A stretch of 64,000 nucleotides of DNA from Bigelowiella natans CCMP2755 (GCA_000320545.1 ADNK01000976.1:40626-104625), one strand, 5' to 3'; positions 12,901-24,373 are shown, counted from the first letter of the stretch. Numbers and translations are program-made. The notes: generated by a model not told the origin, from the letters alone.

Positions 12901-13399
12901 TCTACGCTAAGCTTGGGGTATCGCGCTGCGTTACACAAGAGGCAAATTTGTTAGCATTAAAGTACTAGAGAACTATACAAACCAATCTCACATTCATTTG
13001 GAATCTCGTTTGCAATCCTCTTCGTGTGCGCTTTGAAGGAGTCCTCTTGGTCCTGCAGCAAGAAATTCGAACAGCACGCAGAGTGTTGCGTATACGATCA
13101 AGATGGGAACTTTCGTAGAGCGAGGTTCTTACCTTTGTAAAATTTTCGTGCGAATGAGAGCAATGAAAGTCCGCCTTCAGATATGGCTCTTGACATCCCT
13201 TGCAATGTACGTACCTGGCATACCGAAGCCGAAAGTGAGCAAAAACAAACAAGATGCATTTTACATGATAGAGGATGCGATCCTACAGGCTCGTTTCTGG
13301 GTCCTCTGCCAAGATGCTCCACGCAATAAATTTTTCCCTATGTGCACGCAACAGCGCTTCGTACGATTTCTCTCGCTGATGGGGTCGACCGGCAGCCAT
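5834..13399 (-). CDS. Large multi-exon protein: N-terminal Zn finger + WHIM3/WSD-like region + ZZ-type Zn finger + C-terminal Sel1-like repeats (could be two genes)
   Basis: Hand-spliced exons give YVHCKGCQEPYLKADFHCSHSHENF, LKAVLFDIEAAIPEEA, RKIWLEKLKASLSIQ|QVIPCVQDLE|KKHDREWLRP...KWHAGLRGCKTPQQ|VIDHLIEFDGNVHY, ECAFCRRDI...LELCLECFSQG|ISYPPHQKSHPY. Sel1 repeats follow (AVFKLAMCYFLG, AMYNLGRLF, SMYNLGVLFDSG, ACKWYTRAAKRGD, YNLGVLYANG). Stop is TAA at 5834-5836. The link across 9.6-9.8 kb is inferred. Confidence 0.55.
7971..8052. repeat. Compound microsatellite (TA)n-(TG)n, intronic
   Basis: Directly visible. Confidence 0.9.
8524..8645. repeat. Compound microsatellite (CA)n-(CAG)n-(GAG)n
   Basis: Directly visible. 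Confidence 0.9.
9895..10003. repeat. (TC)n and (TCC)n microsatellites, intronic
   Basis: Directly visible. Confidence 0.85.
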
Positions 13400-13879
13400 G
13401 AGGAGGGCGGTCGATTAGTTCCGATGTTCACGGTTCGATCCTGTACGAAGATTTGCTTTTTTGAATAAGGGACGGCGACGTCAAAATGGTATTGTCGCAT
13501 GATGAATATCCAGCGGATCACAGTGATGCATTCTCCACCATAATGCCTTTTCCTTTCCGGGATCCCCATGTGTCCTACCAGGAATTCCGTAAGACCACAA
13601 AAATGAGAAGCAAAGGAGAATTTAAAAAAAGTTGCCATTAGATCCATTTTTGCATTGAAAGCCTACAAAATTGATGACGCATGGATCAAATGGGATGCAT
13701 TTTCTCTGAAAACACAGGGGTACTGTGATTGATGGAAGAGAGTCAAGTGACCAACCACAACCCCCTCCGTCCTGAAAGGCTAAACTCGAACCAACCAAGA
13801 GGCGGTGCTTGCACCACACGCACCATCGCCCTTTGAAAGTTAGGACAGGACATTGAAAAACAAGGAATCATTGCTTTCA
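13400..13879. promoter_or_regulatory. Bidirectional promoter region WHIM/ZZ/Sel1 gene <> ceramidase-like gene
   Basis: ~480 nt between divergent ATGs; TGTCGCA (reverse complement of the motif) at 13493-13499. Confidence 0.5.
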
Positions 13880-15151
13880 ATGGAAACACTGGCTGCTTTC
13901 AGGTCAACTACTAACACGACATTCATGAAGCAAAACGGGTTAGCCTGTGTCAAAATGTAAATTAAGAAGCTCCAGAAATGATACTTTGATTTATCAATCA
14001 GGAAAAGTTTCGAAATAGGAAAACTATCAGAATCCGCTGATCCCTGCGAGTCAAACTATGCGATGACGAAATTTATAGCCGAGCCATTCAATGCTATTTC
14101 TGCACTTGGGCTTATCTTAGCTGGAAGTAACGCGATGCATCAATCGAGAAAATACAACTTTGAAGTACGGTTTTCCGTACTTGGATTTTCAGGTTACAGT
14201 AATATACTAAAACACTCATTTCCCCTCCATGTACTAACCTCTGTTTTTTTCCTCAGTTGTCTTAATAGGGACTGCCTCGGCCTTATTTCACGCGACCCTG
14301 AGCCCAGTCACAAAGGTGAGAAGCATGATCCGCAGTTCTATGTGATGAACTTATCCATCGAATTAAATTCAAGGCATGGGAAGAAATGGCGATAATCTGG
14401 GCAACCTTTGGATGGATGTGCATTCTTGCACAAATAAGTAACACCACGGTGCTGATCAAACTTTCATTTTCATGAATTATTTCTGACATGTGTTTTTTTC
14501 CAGAACAAAACTCCTTCAATTGCAATGTTTTTAGCGCTTGCAGTTGGTATATGGGTGACTCAGCTGGGTTTAGAACCTAAGATTCTCATTCTTGGCTCTC
14601 ACATTCTTCAAACTGTAGCCTGTGCAGTCAATCTCTATCTGCTGAACAAATGCGTGGAACAGTACTGTAATCTAAATTTGTTACCTTGCAGTCCCAAGGT
14701 ACATTTATTTTCTTCACGAAAACTACAATCCTTCCCGTCCTCTCAACCTTTCTTGGTACTAAAATTCGATATATCTAATCAGGATTTCAGCTACAACATT
14801 AATCCGCATCCATCAGTCCTAAAGTTGCAACTTATGGCAAGATGGCATGTTGGGTGTGCGGCAGCAGCATTTATTATTCGAGCGGGGGGTGCTTTTTTTT
14901 GCGAAGCCTTTATAAATATCCAACCTCATGCACTTTGGCACCTACTGCTCGGCGTGAGTTGCCACTATGGACTTCAGTTTGCAATGGCGCTTAGACAGTC
15001 GATATTACATAAAGCGCCACCAGCAACCTCATGGACTCTAGGGGGGCTATTAGGTTGCGTTGTCCCAACGGAAGTTCCTAGTAGAGCCATGGGTGCGCAG
15101 TTACGTTGGTTGCTAAAAATGGCTGGTGTGGATCAATTAGATAGTGTTTAG
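13880..15151 (+). CDS. Alkaline ceramidase-like (CREST superfamily) membrane hydrolase, multi-exon
   Basis: DPCESNYAMTKFIAEPFNAIS resembles the ACER DWCE.NY....IAEF.NT motif. GTASALFHATL and QPHALWH supply the three Zn-binding His. Hydrophobic helices are present. Confidence 0.8.
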
Positions 15152-15689
15152 GTAGTCAAAAGACCTTCACTCCAGGAATACTTTCTGAAGTACATTTTCG
15201 CATCAATGTCATTGAATGTAGACATTTTCGTAATCTTCATATTTTATCCTCCAGCTGCAATCGAGCACACACTTTTATTTTTTCTAGTTTTGCTCCCGTG
15301 TCGATCAAGCAACGGCATAGATAAACAGAGTGATTAGCGAATTTACCTCTAATTCAATGCAATATCCTTTTCCCGACTTCAAGTTCCATCAGTATTATTT
15401 CTTGATCCCGGATGTGACTACCCTGAAATTAATGTTAGATTCATCAATATGATGATGAACGTTAACAGATAGTATTGTCAGTGTGAAGCATATTATTACT
15501 AGGCAAATGCCAAAATTTCTCTTTCTGGCTCCCATCTAGAAATAGAAACTGTCAAATTGGGTTTATGAACATTATGTGCGCAGTTTGATTATAATCATTG
15601 CTATGACCTTTTGTACATACTTCATGACATGAATGGGATGTTTCTAAATTATTCAACCTTTCTTTGCACCATCTGACAATGTGGGCGGA

Positions 15690-16620
15690 CGCGTCAAAAT
15701 ACAGCTAGTCAAAATACAGCTACAGTGTAGCTGTGCAAGTGCAGGCATGCATGGCTAGACCTAGAGATGGGCTAAGGTTCTGAATGTACGCCGCTTTGTG
15801 TTCCTATGAGAGTTTATTTCCCACAAAACTTACGCATCATTTTCATGCGTCATTTTTGCATTTTGTACCTTTTTGCACAATGCTAGAATGCGAATGAGCC
15901 GTTTGCTACATTGCGGCCAGTTTCTATGCACTAGTGCATGCTTGCACGGCTGCGGGCACCAGTCAGCAGTCAGCAGTCATCTGCTGACTGTCGTTCATTT
16001 CATCACTGACTAGCTGCGAGCCCAACGTGCCACCTGGCTAGCTCTAGAGCTAGTCAACTAGTGCCAAGCACTAGAGCACACGTGATTCTTTTTTTTGTTC
16101 GCACTGCTCGCTCAGTGCTAGAGCGTGTAGCAGTCGCTGAACCTGTCTGTAGGTGATAAGTACCAGAGTGCACCCTGTGCAACAAACTACGGTACACGTG
16201 GAGTGTATGCACTGCTTTGCTTGGGCTTCAGCGTGCACGTGTGTGCACACGCTAAAATTGTCGCAATGGATTGCTTCGCTATCTTCTCATGTGCTACGGA
16301 GTCACTGGGGACTCTACTAGTCCAGCTGAACTCTAGTCAAAGTGCTCTCGTTATCGATGCGCACGCACAAGCAGATGGCAAAGCTAGAGCTAGAGAGCTT
16401 GAGGTAGGTTAGTAGGGAACAGGCCTATTGCATGGACACACGCACACAGATATGTGTGGTGTAACACATTTGTTGAACCAGTACATCATGCCTAGACATC
16501 CATTTACAACCAGGATTGCCTTAATTACATCGAGTGCCAAGCGAGGGGTGCAGATAGTGTGCAGATTGGACATGTAGCCATGCAGCGCCAGAGGGCTAGA
16601 GGGGCATGATCTCATTAATG
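15690..16620. other. CTAG/palindrome-rich convergent intergenic zone (ceramidase-like >< RPB9)
   Basis: About 18 CTAG in ~930 nt by eye; perfect 16-bp palindrome CTAGCTCTAGAGCTAG at 16038-16053. Confidence 0.7.
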
Positions 16621-16705
16621 CAGCATTTCCATTATTGATAAGACGATGATAATTTCATTAAAGTTTTACATTTATTTAGACTTGTAACTTCAAAATTTTG
16701 CGTTC

Positions 16706-17594
16706 CTAGCCTGACTCAAGATTCCCGTCTTCACCTTCACCATCTTCATCATCATCATCACCGTCGTTATATCCGAAAACTTCGTTTTCGTCTAATTCTT
16801 CTGCGTCTTCTTGGTCCACTTCGTCCGCTTCTTCCTGCTCTGCGCCCTTCGAGGTCTTGCCTTCTTTACTCTTTTTATTATTAACTTGCTTCCAATAGTG
16901 GTTGCACTCGGTGTTGCAGCAGACGAAATAGATTGCCATCGTTTCTTTGAAAGGACAAAAATATTTTATGTCCTTTCCTTCGCACTTAGGGCAAGGAATA
17001 TCCCTACGGCGGGGTAGTGCAGGATCTAAGGTAAGATCTTTGTGGAAAAGAGGCGCCACATCCATCCTGAAAAAACCATCGAGACATTAGTGAAAAACCA
17101 TGTTTCAATTCGTAAAAAGAAGTAGGTGCACTTACTGTCCTTTCGATGTTGATAGATCATTCTCATAGATCAAGTTTTCCTCTATTGTATTCCTTGAAGG
17201 CGTCTTCACACGGCAATTTTTGCAGTAGAAAAAGAGTTCCCTGTTGTACGAGTTTCCGTTCTTTGGGTACAGCAGATGTTTGCTGAAATACGGAAGGAGA
17301 AGAGAATTTTCTCAATTCTGGCAATTATTTGATATAGCTCTATGGTATATGTTGTTTGGACACTAGATTTGTAATCGAGGGAGATGCAGCTCTCAAGTAT
17401 TTATTTATACACTTTCGCCCTTTCTATTTGGCAACCCTCTCCAAACTGATAGACGTTCTATTCCATTTCTCCCAGGTTGCTAGTAACCAAGTTGAAGGAA
17501 AGATGCGAGGAAGAAACAGTGCGTATCCGACTTTGGATCAGTACGTTTGCGCTACATTCAAATCGAATTACCATTCTTGGCAGAGGCGCACCAT
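16706..17594 (-). CDS. RPB9: RNA polymerase II subunit RPB9-like (two Zn ribbons) with acidic C-terminal tail; 3 exons
   Basis: MVRLCQEC|KHLLYPK...LFFYCKNC...DLTLDPALPRRRDIPCPKC...IYFVCCNTECNHYW. It has the RPB9 DPTLPR-type linker and lacks the TFIIS-like RSADE loop of RPA12/RPC11. Confidence 0.8.
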
Positions 17595-18092
17595 GCCACG
17601 GACCCGGTTGGACTCTCGTTGGTTCTTTTACCGGTATAAGATTCTATGTCAGTCTGCTTGGTGGCAGGACTTAAACCATTGTTTAGATATTAGATATTAT
17701 CCGCTTGGTAATTTGACTAAATCCGAAAATCGACAACAATAAAGAAAAACAGCTGCAACAACAACAACAATATCAACTTTCCTAAGAAATAATCCGCAGT
17801 TAGGTTTTTCAACAACAACCCTATCAGACGAGCTCGAATCGCTCTGTTTTACACGCTAAAACCTGCTGATTTTTGTTCATCAAAATTTCCCAAAAAGTTC
17901 CCCACAATGTTGTGTGTTCACCTACGAACACACACGAGCGCATGAACTATTATATCGCAGGGCATAAATCCATTGCAGATTTCGATAATAGTGAATATTT
18001 TGTGAAAATATTAAGTCTGAAATATAGCAGTGCTGGTAGTCAGAGCAGTCTCCGTACGAGCCGTAGCCCACCGACTCATCTCCCGCGTGGCT
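17595..18092. promoter_or_regulatory. Bidirectional promoter region RPB9 <> cation/H+ antiporter
   Basis: ~500 nt AT-rich spacer between divergent ATGs; no exact TGCGACA seen. Confidence 0.5.
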
Positions 18093-20055
18093 ATGGCTCA
18101 CCCCCACCCCAACTCTGGGGTGCCAGCCGTTTTAGTCCTTGCAGCACTTTTTTTACTACGAGTTGGAGCAGAGGGGGTGAGCGCAAATGCCTCTGTGAAC
18201 CTGGTAGAGAGCAACACCTCTGCTGCAGCTGCCGTGGCAGATCGAAACGCGACTGTCCCGCAAAACGGCACAGCGGGAGCAGAAGACTCTTCCAATTCGG
18301 TTAATTCGCTCTTCAAAGAGATTCAGAAGTTGAGAGAAGAATTAAACAATATAAAGATAGTCGGCAAGAAGAAAGCTGGCACAAAAAGCAATGTTGGGGA
18401 GAACCCAACTGTCTGCCCGCCCGGGGAAAAGATAGGCATGAACGAAACCTGTGAATCCTGTCCCCCAGGATCTTACTCCAATACATTTTCTCAAGGATGT
18501 AAAACTTGTCCCGCAGATACGTATCAACCTTTGCCTGGACAAGCTCGTTGCAAGAACTGCCCACAAGTAATTTACACCAACACGTAGCACTTACCACCAA
18601 CAAACCAACTTTTTAGCGCATTTTTGCTCTCTTTTTTCGCGTGAAGATTTGCTTCATCAGGATAAACCGCTCATCAGTTTACGTTTCTTCCACAGCACTC
18701 GCACACCCTGCCTTATCACCTGGGAAATAAGAAAATCGAAGATTGCCAGTGCCATGCAGGATACTCCATGAATTTGGATGAGAATAGTAAGATGGGCGGC
18801 GTTTGTGCTAGAAATAATAAGAGTGCGATGATTCGTCACGAAGGAGATGAAGAAGATCACGGCCATCTTCATGATACACCTGAGGTTGGTGAGGTTGGTC
18901 ACCACCACCATCGCCATGACGAGCACAAAATTCGGCATTTAAAACCGTCTGAAATCGGACATCAGGATCCTCTGTTCCTTCCTGGTAGATCGCTCAATCT
19001 CTCGAATCTGTGCTGTAATTTTTAGTCACGCCTTTCTTTGGCGTATGGGTCGTTTTCACACTTGCAGTACAGTTCGTTGACCGGCGATTCTTTGTATCCA
19101 TTCAGGTTTATACCATGTGGCCCAATTTGCTATGGTAACTTACACTCCTTTTCACGAGGAATTCCATAATTTATTTGATATATCTTGTCTAAGGTTACGT
19201 TGGCAGCTTACCAAGTTGGGAGACATTTTCTCTCGGTAACAAACATCATCTAATCATATTATGCTCTATCTGCAGGCACATGAATGCGTAGTCTCATGAA
19301 GTGCTATTTGTTTATACAGGCTAGGCTACCACTTATCTCAGGATATCTTATTGCTGGTATCTTATCCGGCCCACATCTTCTTGGACTTTTGTAAGTAGAT
19401 TACCTGAAACACTCTTTCCACTGTTTTCTTGATATGGCACACGCAAATAATGTGTAAGGTCTCACCAAACAACAAAGGATCTCCGCATCATCGATCAGTT
19501 TTCGATCTCTTGCATCGCCCTCGCGGCTGGGATGGAATTAAAGGTGGCTTCTCTCGCCAGTGTAACAAACGCTTTCCCTCATATTGTATTATTCCGGTTG
19601 GGTTCCTCAGAGCGGAAAGCTAAAGAAGTTTATGAGGCCTATTGCTTGGGTCCTTTGCGGTACTTTTCATCGCGTACAAGTCACCTGCATGCATATGAAT
19701 CATTTGAAGAATGTTCAGCTGAATAATGTTCTGTAGGTTTCATGGGCGCGACGTTCATTTCGTCGTTCTTTGTGCTCTTGTTCTTCTCTTCGTTCATTCC
19801 CTTCGTAACTGGCATGGCAGTCTCTGGCAAGGTGCTGTGAAACTCGAGAGCGGCTGCCAACTTGTCCCGTTTTATTCAAACGATTTCCTTTTGTTGTGTA
19901 ATGTCCTATCGGATCCAGGTGGCAGTGGCGTTGCTGATCAGCACCATTATGATAGCGCGATCCCCAGCCTCGGCAATAGCCATTGTAAGGGGAAGGAGCA
20001 TAAATAGAAGAGGAGGATGAACATGATGTGACGCACACATACACACACAGACACC

Positions 20056-20110
<55 letters not shown>

Positions 20111-21822
20111 TATGTATACATTTTGTACATTTACAGCGCTGGCAACAAATTGATTCGACTGTGGACGCGTATGGTTGTCCTGATGGCATGTGTATTTATG
20201 CATCCGGTGACAGGTGAAAGATGCTCAGGCTGAAGGCCCTTTCTCTACAATGATCATTGGTGTCAGCATAGCAGCGGTAGTCGCAACCGCCCCCTCCTGT
20301 TTTCATCATCGACTTGCAATGATACGGAGTCATGGCCTTGTTGTTCAGGACGTCCTAATCATCGTGGTCTTCGCATTGAACCTCGGCATTGCGGAAGCTT
20401 TGATTCGGGGCTCAGGGCTCACATTCTACACCTTCTTGCGCCCCGTGAACAAGGTTGTTTCCCCATGGATATGTTGTCGTATCTAAAATCCGACCGGTGT
20501 GGGATTGATATCGTGTGAATGCATTATTTTATATCTGATAGGGAATCTTACCCGTGTGCTCGTTTTTACTCATGCAATTAGATTCTGTGGTCTGGTGTGT
20601 TTGGAGCGACTTCTGGTTTCCTAATGGACATTTTTGCCAATACCGGGGTGGTGACCACTGCTACAGCAGCACTTCTATGTCACGTGCATGCATATATTAT
20701 TTGAAAGACTGGAGAGATCCAGCAGCAAGATGAAAGTGCGCATTTTTTTCCACACACAGCGACTACCTGATCGTGGAAGGGACTTGCTTGTCCTCAGTAC
20801 GGGGCTAACGATCTTCTTCATCTCCAGTCTTGTACCGGTAATCGAACACAGTGACGCTCTTCCTTTTTGCCATTCTGAGCGCCAAACTCTTCATGCGTGT
20901 AGTCGTTCTTCTCGTTTGAGCCTCTCCTTGCTTGCGTCATCGGGGGGATTTTCGTGGTCAACTTCGGACGAAATGCTGCCTACCATGACCATCTGATGGA
21001 TCGATTTCTCCCTTACATCAACATTCTCTTCTTCACATCCGCGGTAAGTATTGCCACGTGTCGGTATCACGATAATGGAGAGGTGCTTTGGTTAACGCCC
21101 ATGCGCTTTTTGTGCACAGGGGGCCGAGCTGGAGATCGACCACCTCCTACGACCAGAACTGCTATTTCTAGGTTATTCAGATTAGGAATCAGCATTCTAA
21201 GTCATTTTGTTCTTCATGGGCGATTGTGCATAAATTCTTTACTGGTTTTGTTGCTAAGGCCTCGGGATATTTTCACTTCGTATTGCGTCGTTGTGGTTGG
21301 GTGCAACTTTGGGAGGCTGGCTCGCAGGCCGTCCTTCCCGAGAAACAAGTTACGCTTGGATGGGGTCCTCGTCTCCTTAACACCACAAAATCTCCGACAG
21401 AAAAAATACAGACTTTTTACCTTAATCCAAAATATTATTGCTATCGTTGTTATTATTGTTATTACTATTATTTCAAAGGAAGCTTCATAATAATGCAGGT
21501 ACGTCACGCAAGCCGGTGTAGCGATGGGGCTTGCGAAAGATGTCGCACGAGAGTTTCCGGAATGGGGACAAGTGTTTGCATCAATGATGATTTTCCAAAT
21601 GGCCATTAACCAGGCAATATTCTAACAAGAAAACAGCGTCATCTGCGACGATTCCTAACAAACGTATCGTCCACCCAGGTTGTTGGCCCCCCTCTGTTCA
21701 AGTATGCCATCGTTTCAATGGGGGAATGCCGTGCAAAGCAAATGGTTGAATTGGAGCCAACAAAGCAAAAGCAAAGCCCACATGCAGCAAAAACTGATAT
21801 TTTGAGCAACGGCGAACCTTGA
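18093..21822 (+). CDS. Cation/H+ antiporter (CPA family) with signal peptide, Cys-rich GCC2/GCC3-like (ephrin-receptor-like) repeats and a His-rich linker; many exons
   Basis: N-terminal hydrophobic leader, then CPPG...CESCPPGSYS...CKTCPADTYQPLPGQARCKNCP and HHHHRHDEH. TM core motifs are RLPLISGYLIAGILSGPHLLG, IARSPASAIAIV, QAGVAMGLAK and AINQ|VVGPPLFK. Stop is TGA at 21820-21822. Confidence 0.8.
20059..20107. repeat. (TA)n microsatellite, intronic
   Basis: Directly visible. Confidence 0.9.
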
Positions 21823-21899
21823 TGAGTAGAATTTTAACGCGTTTAACGCGGTAGCTATTAGTGACCTGGAGAATATTTACCTTGCAATCATAATTCAGG

Positions 21900-22520
21900 A
21901 AAAGCTAGAACTAGACATGTTAATCACAAGTACACATGTGTCTATCGCATCTGCTACCGCGAGCTGCGGTTGTGCAGGCCTTGGAGGCGGCAGAGCCGTG
22001 GCTGTAACTGCATAGCGCGTTATAGCGTCTCATATGCGTCGTGGCATCGCATCGCAGATGCGAGATAGCGAGGCCTGAAACGCGATCAATTGATCCTGCT
22101 ACCCTGCATGCTAGCATGCTGCGCTCCTACAGGCATACTGGCTTACTTTGTGCGATTTACTCGTTGAACAATGAAGGCCTTAAATGCAAACGGCGCTACT
22201 GCGCGTTTACATCCATTGCCGCAAGACACACATGCAGATGTGGATCATTTATTGCTTTCTTGCCCATTGCACACCACACAACATCAACGCCGCTTGAGAA
22301 ATTAGCTCACTGCCATAGTGATGCGCGACGACGCGAAACGAAAAGATTGACTTGCGATGAGAAGGAAACACACGCACTAGTGCCGCCGGTGCACGAAATG
22401 CGCGACATTCAAGACCGAAACAACATGCATTTGATTGCATGAAAACACATTATAGCGGAGACCAACAGATTCAACATTAGCACTGTAGCCGCTGCATTGC
22501 ACAGCTACATAAGGATGACC
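21900..22520. other. Palindrome/TG-CA-rich convergent intergenic zone (antiporter >< RPB3)
   Basis: AGCTAGAACTAGACATGT, GCATGCTAGCATGC, CACTAGTG and GTGCAC; weaker than the other zones. Confidence 0.55.
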
Positions 22521-22756
22521 ATTGAACAAATTTAATTTGATTCATTACATCCGTCTTACATATAGTACATATAGCTCGCGAATGTAATATCAATATTTTC
22601 AATATTCACAAAACGCTTAGAAGATAATTTTGTGTTTTAAGTCAATAAAATAGGGCACATAGAAGTCCGATATAAACTGCCATATGTGGAACACATGCAA
22701 ACTGAAAACACGTGCTACACCTCATTATCATGCCTTTCATCACACCAGATTCATAC

Positions 22757-23585
22757 TTAACCCGAATGCTTTTGTTCTATGCCCTGGATTGCAGACTCGA
22801 TCTCACGGAGCTTACCCTATCACAGTGCTCAACAAATCAGTTTCGTTTGCAGCTTTGGTGTAAAATGCATCGCATACCCTTAGAATATCGAGACTTTGCT
22901 TGACTATTTCCTCGGGTGGGAGCACCCCAGTGGTCTGCGTTATAAACAGGAACGATTCTCATTTGTATTCTGGGTCTGGAAATGCAAGGCGTGCAGATAT
23001 TGGCTGATGTGGCACCTCAACGGTAAAGATGAACGTGTCTGTGCTCTGTTCGATAGAGACTAAATCCTCGAGATCCTGCAATAATAGCTTTGTTTTAGTG
23101 TCCTCTGGTTATGGGGTCTAGAAATGGACGTCTAGCCAAACCTCGACTTCATTGACGTCCGTCCGGTCTTCGCTCCAATACAAGCACTCCTGCGTTGTTG
23201 TAAGACACATGGCATTCAACACACTCCCGACGGCCAAACACTCGCGACTGTGATGGGTGGAAATTGGCGGTTGCATTACTACCCGGCAGTAAACACATTT
23301 CCGGTTATCGACGACTGTGACCCCTCGGTCCTCGACGTATTTAAATACCTAATGGCGCAAGCAAAACATCATCGAAACGCGTGAAATATCATGCCTCTTT
23401 AGCAGCTGCACCCTTACCTTAGAGGGACAACTCTTTGCAAAGCTTTTCTGCTGAGCGGCAGTGAGGTTATCCATTACTCCTTCGTTGATCCTAACAAGCC
23501 GTCAACACACACATTCCGTCGGTACCCCCCACTCTTGCTGTTGGGTGCTCGGGAAATATACATATAAACACATATACATATATGT

Positions 23586-23656
<71 letters not shown>

Positions 23657-24328
23657 AGCGAAGAATAGATGCCATCTCCTCGCGGAGTCGTCTGTCGCTC
23701 AGGCTATCATCCTCCTAATCATCGTCTTCTAGTGCAAAGTCATACACTCCCCACCCCCCCACCCCCCCCCGTTTTCCCCTTCCAAGTCCCTCTTACTTGA
23801 CTATCGGGTCTATCTGAAATGTTGCCACCGCGACCGGAATCCACTTTGCATGCTCTTTTCCAATGTTCTATAAACACAACAATATTGCGGTAGAAATCAG
23901 CCTTTGGTACATCATTCTCTCTGTACGGAGAACGTATGGTGTGCAAGCACACTACTTTTGTCGCGATCGCTCTAAACTTCAACTCCTGCCTCTTTCCTAA
24001 TGTGACGAGGACGATGGCGTCGTGCTCGTCTGTGTGCACCGGCCAAGTAGAATTATTTCCCTATATTAGTCAAGGTTGTCGTTTATTGTCAAATTGAATC
24101 CCAACGATGCGGAGTGAAAAATGCCCGACCACGCACTGAAGGTCCCTGGTGGTAACATCCCTATTTTCATCGGACGTGTTCTTCACATCCATCTCATAAA
24201 CTACTTGGCATTTACTGCATCCGGTCTTACAGTAGCAATCCTGATCAATATGAAATACAATTCAAATATAGCATAAGCACGCTTACCATAAGACGAGTGA
24301 TTCAATATCATCTTCGCTCTCAATGTTC

Positions 24329-24373
<45 letters not shown>

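Noticed and set aside
15690-16620. 3' zones as MITEs, Helitron ends or CRISPR-like arrays
   Set aside because: No terminal inverted repeats, target-site duplications, regular repeat-spacer period or long mutual similarity are visible. CTAG is dispersed rather than terminal.
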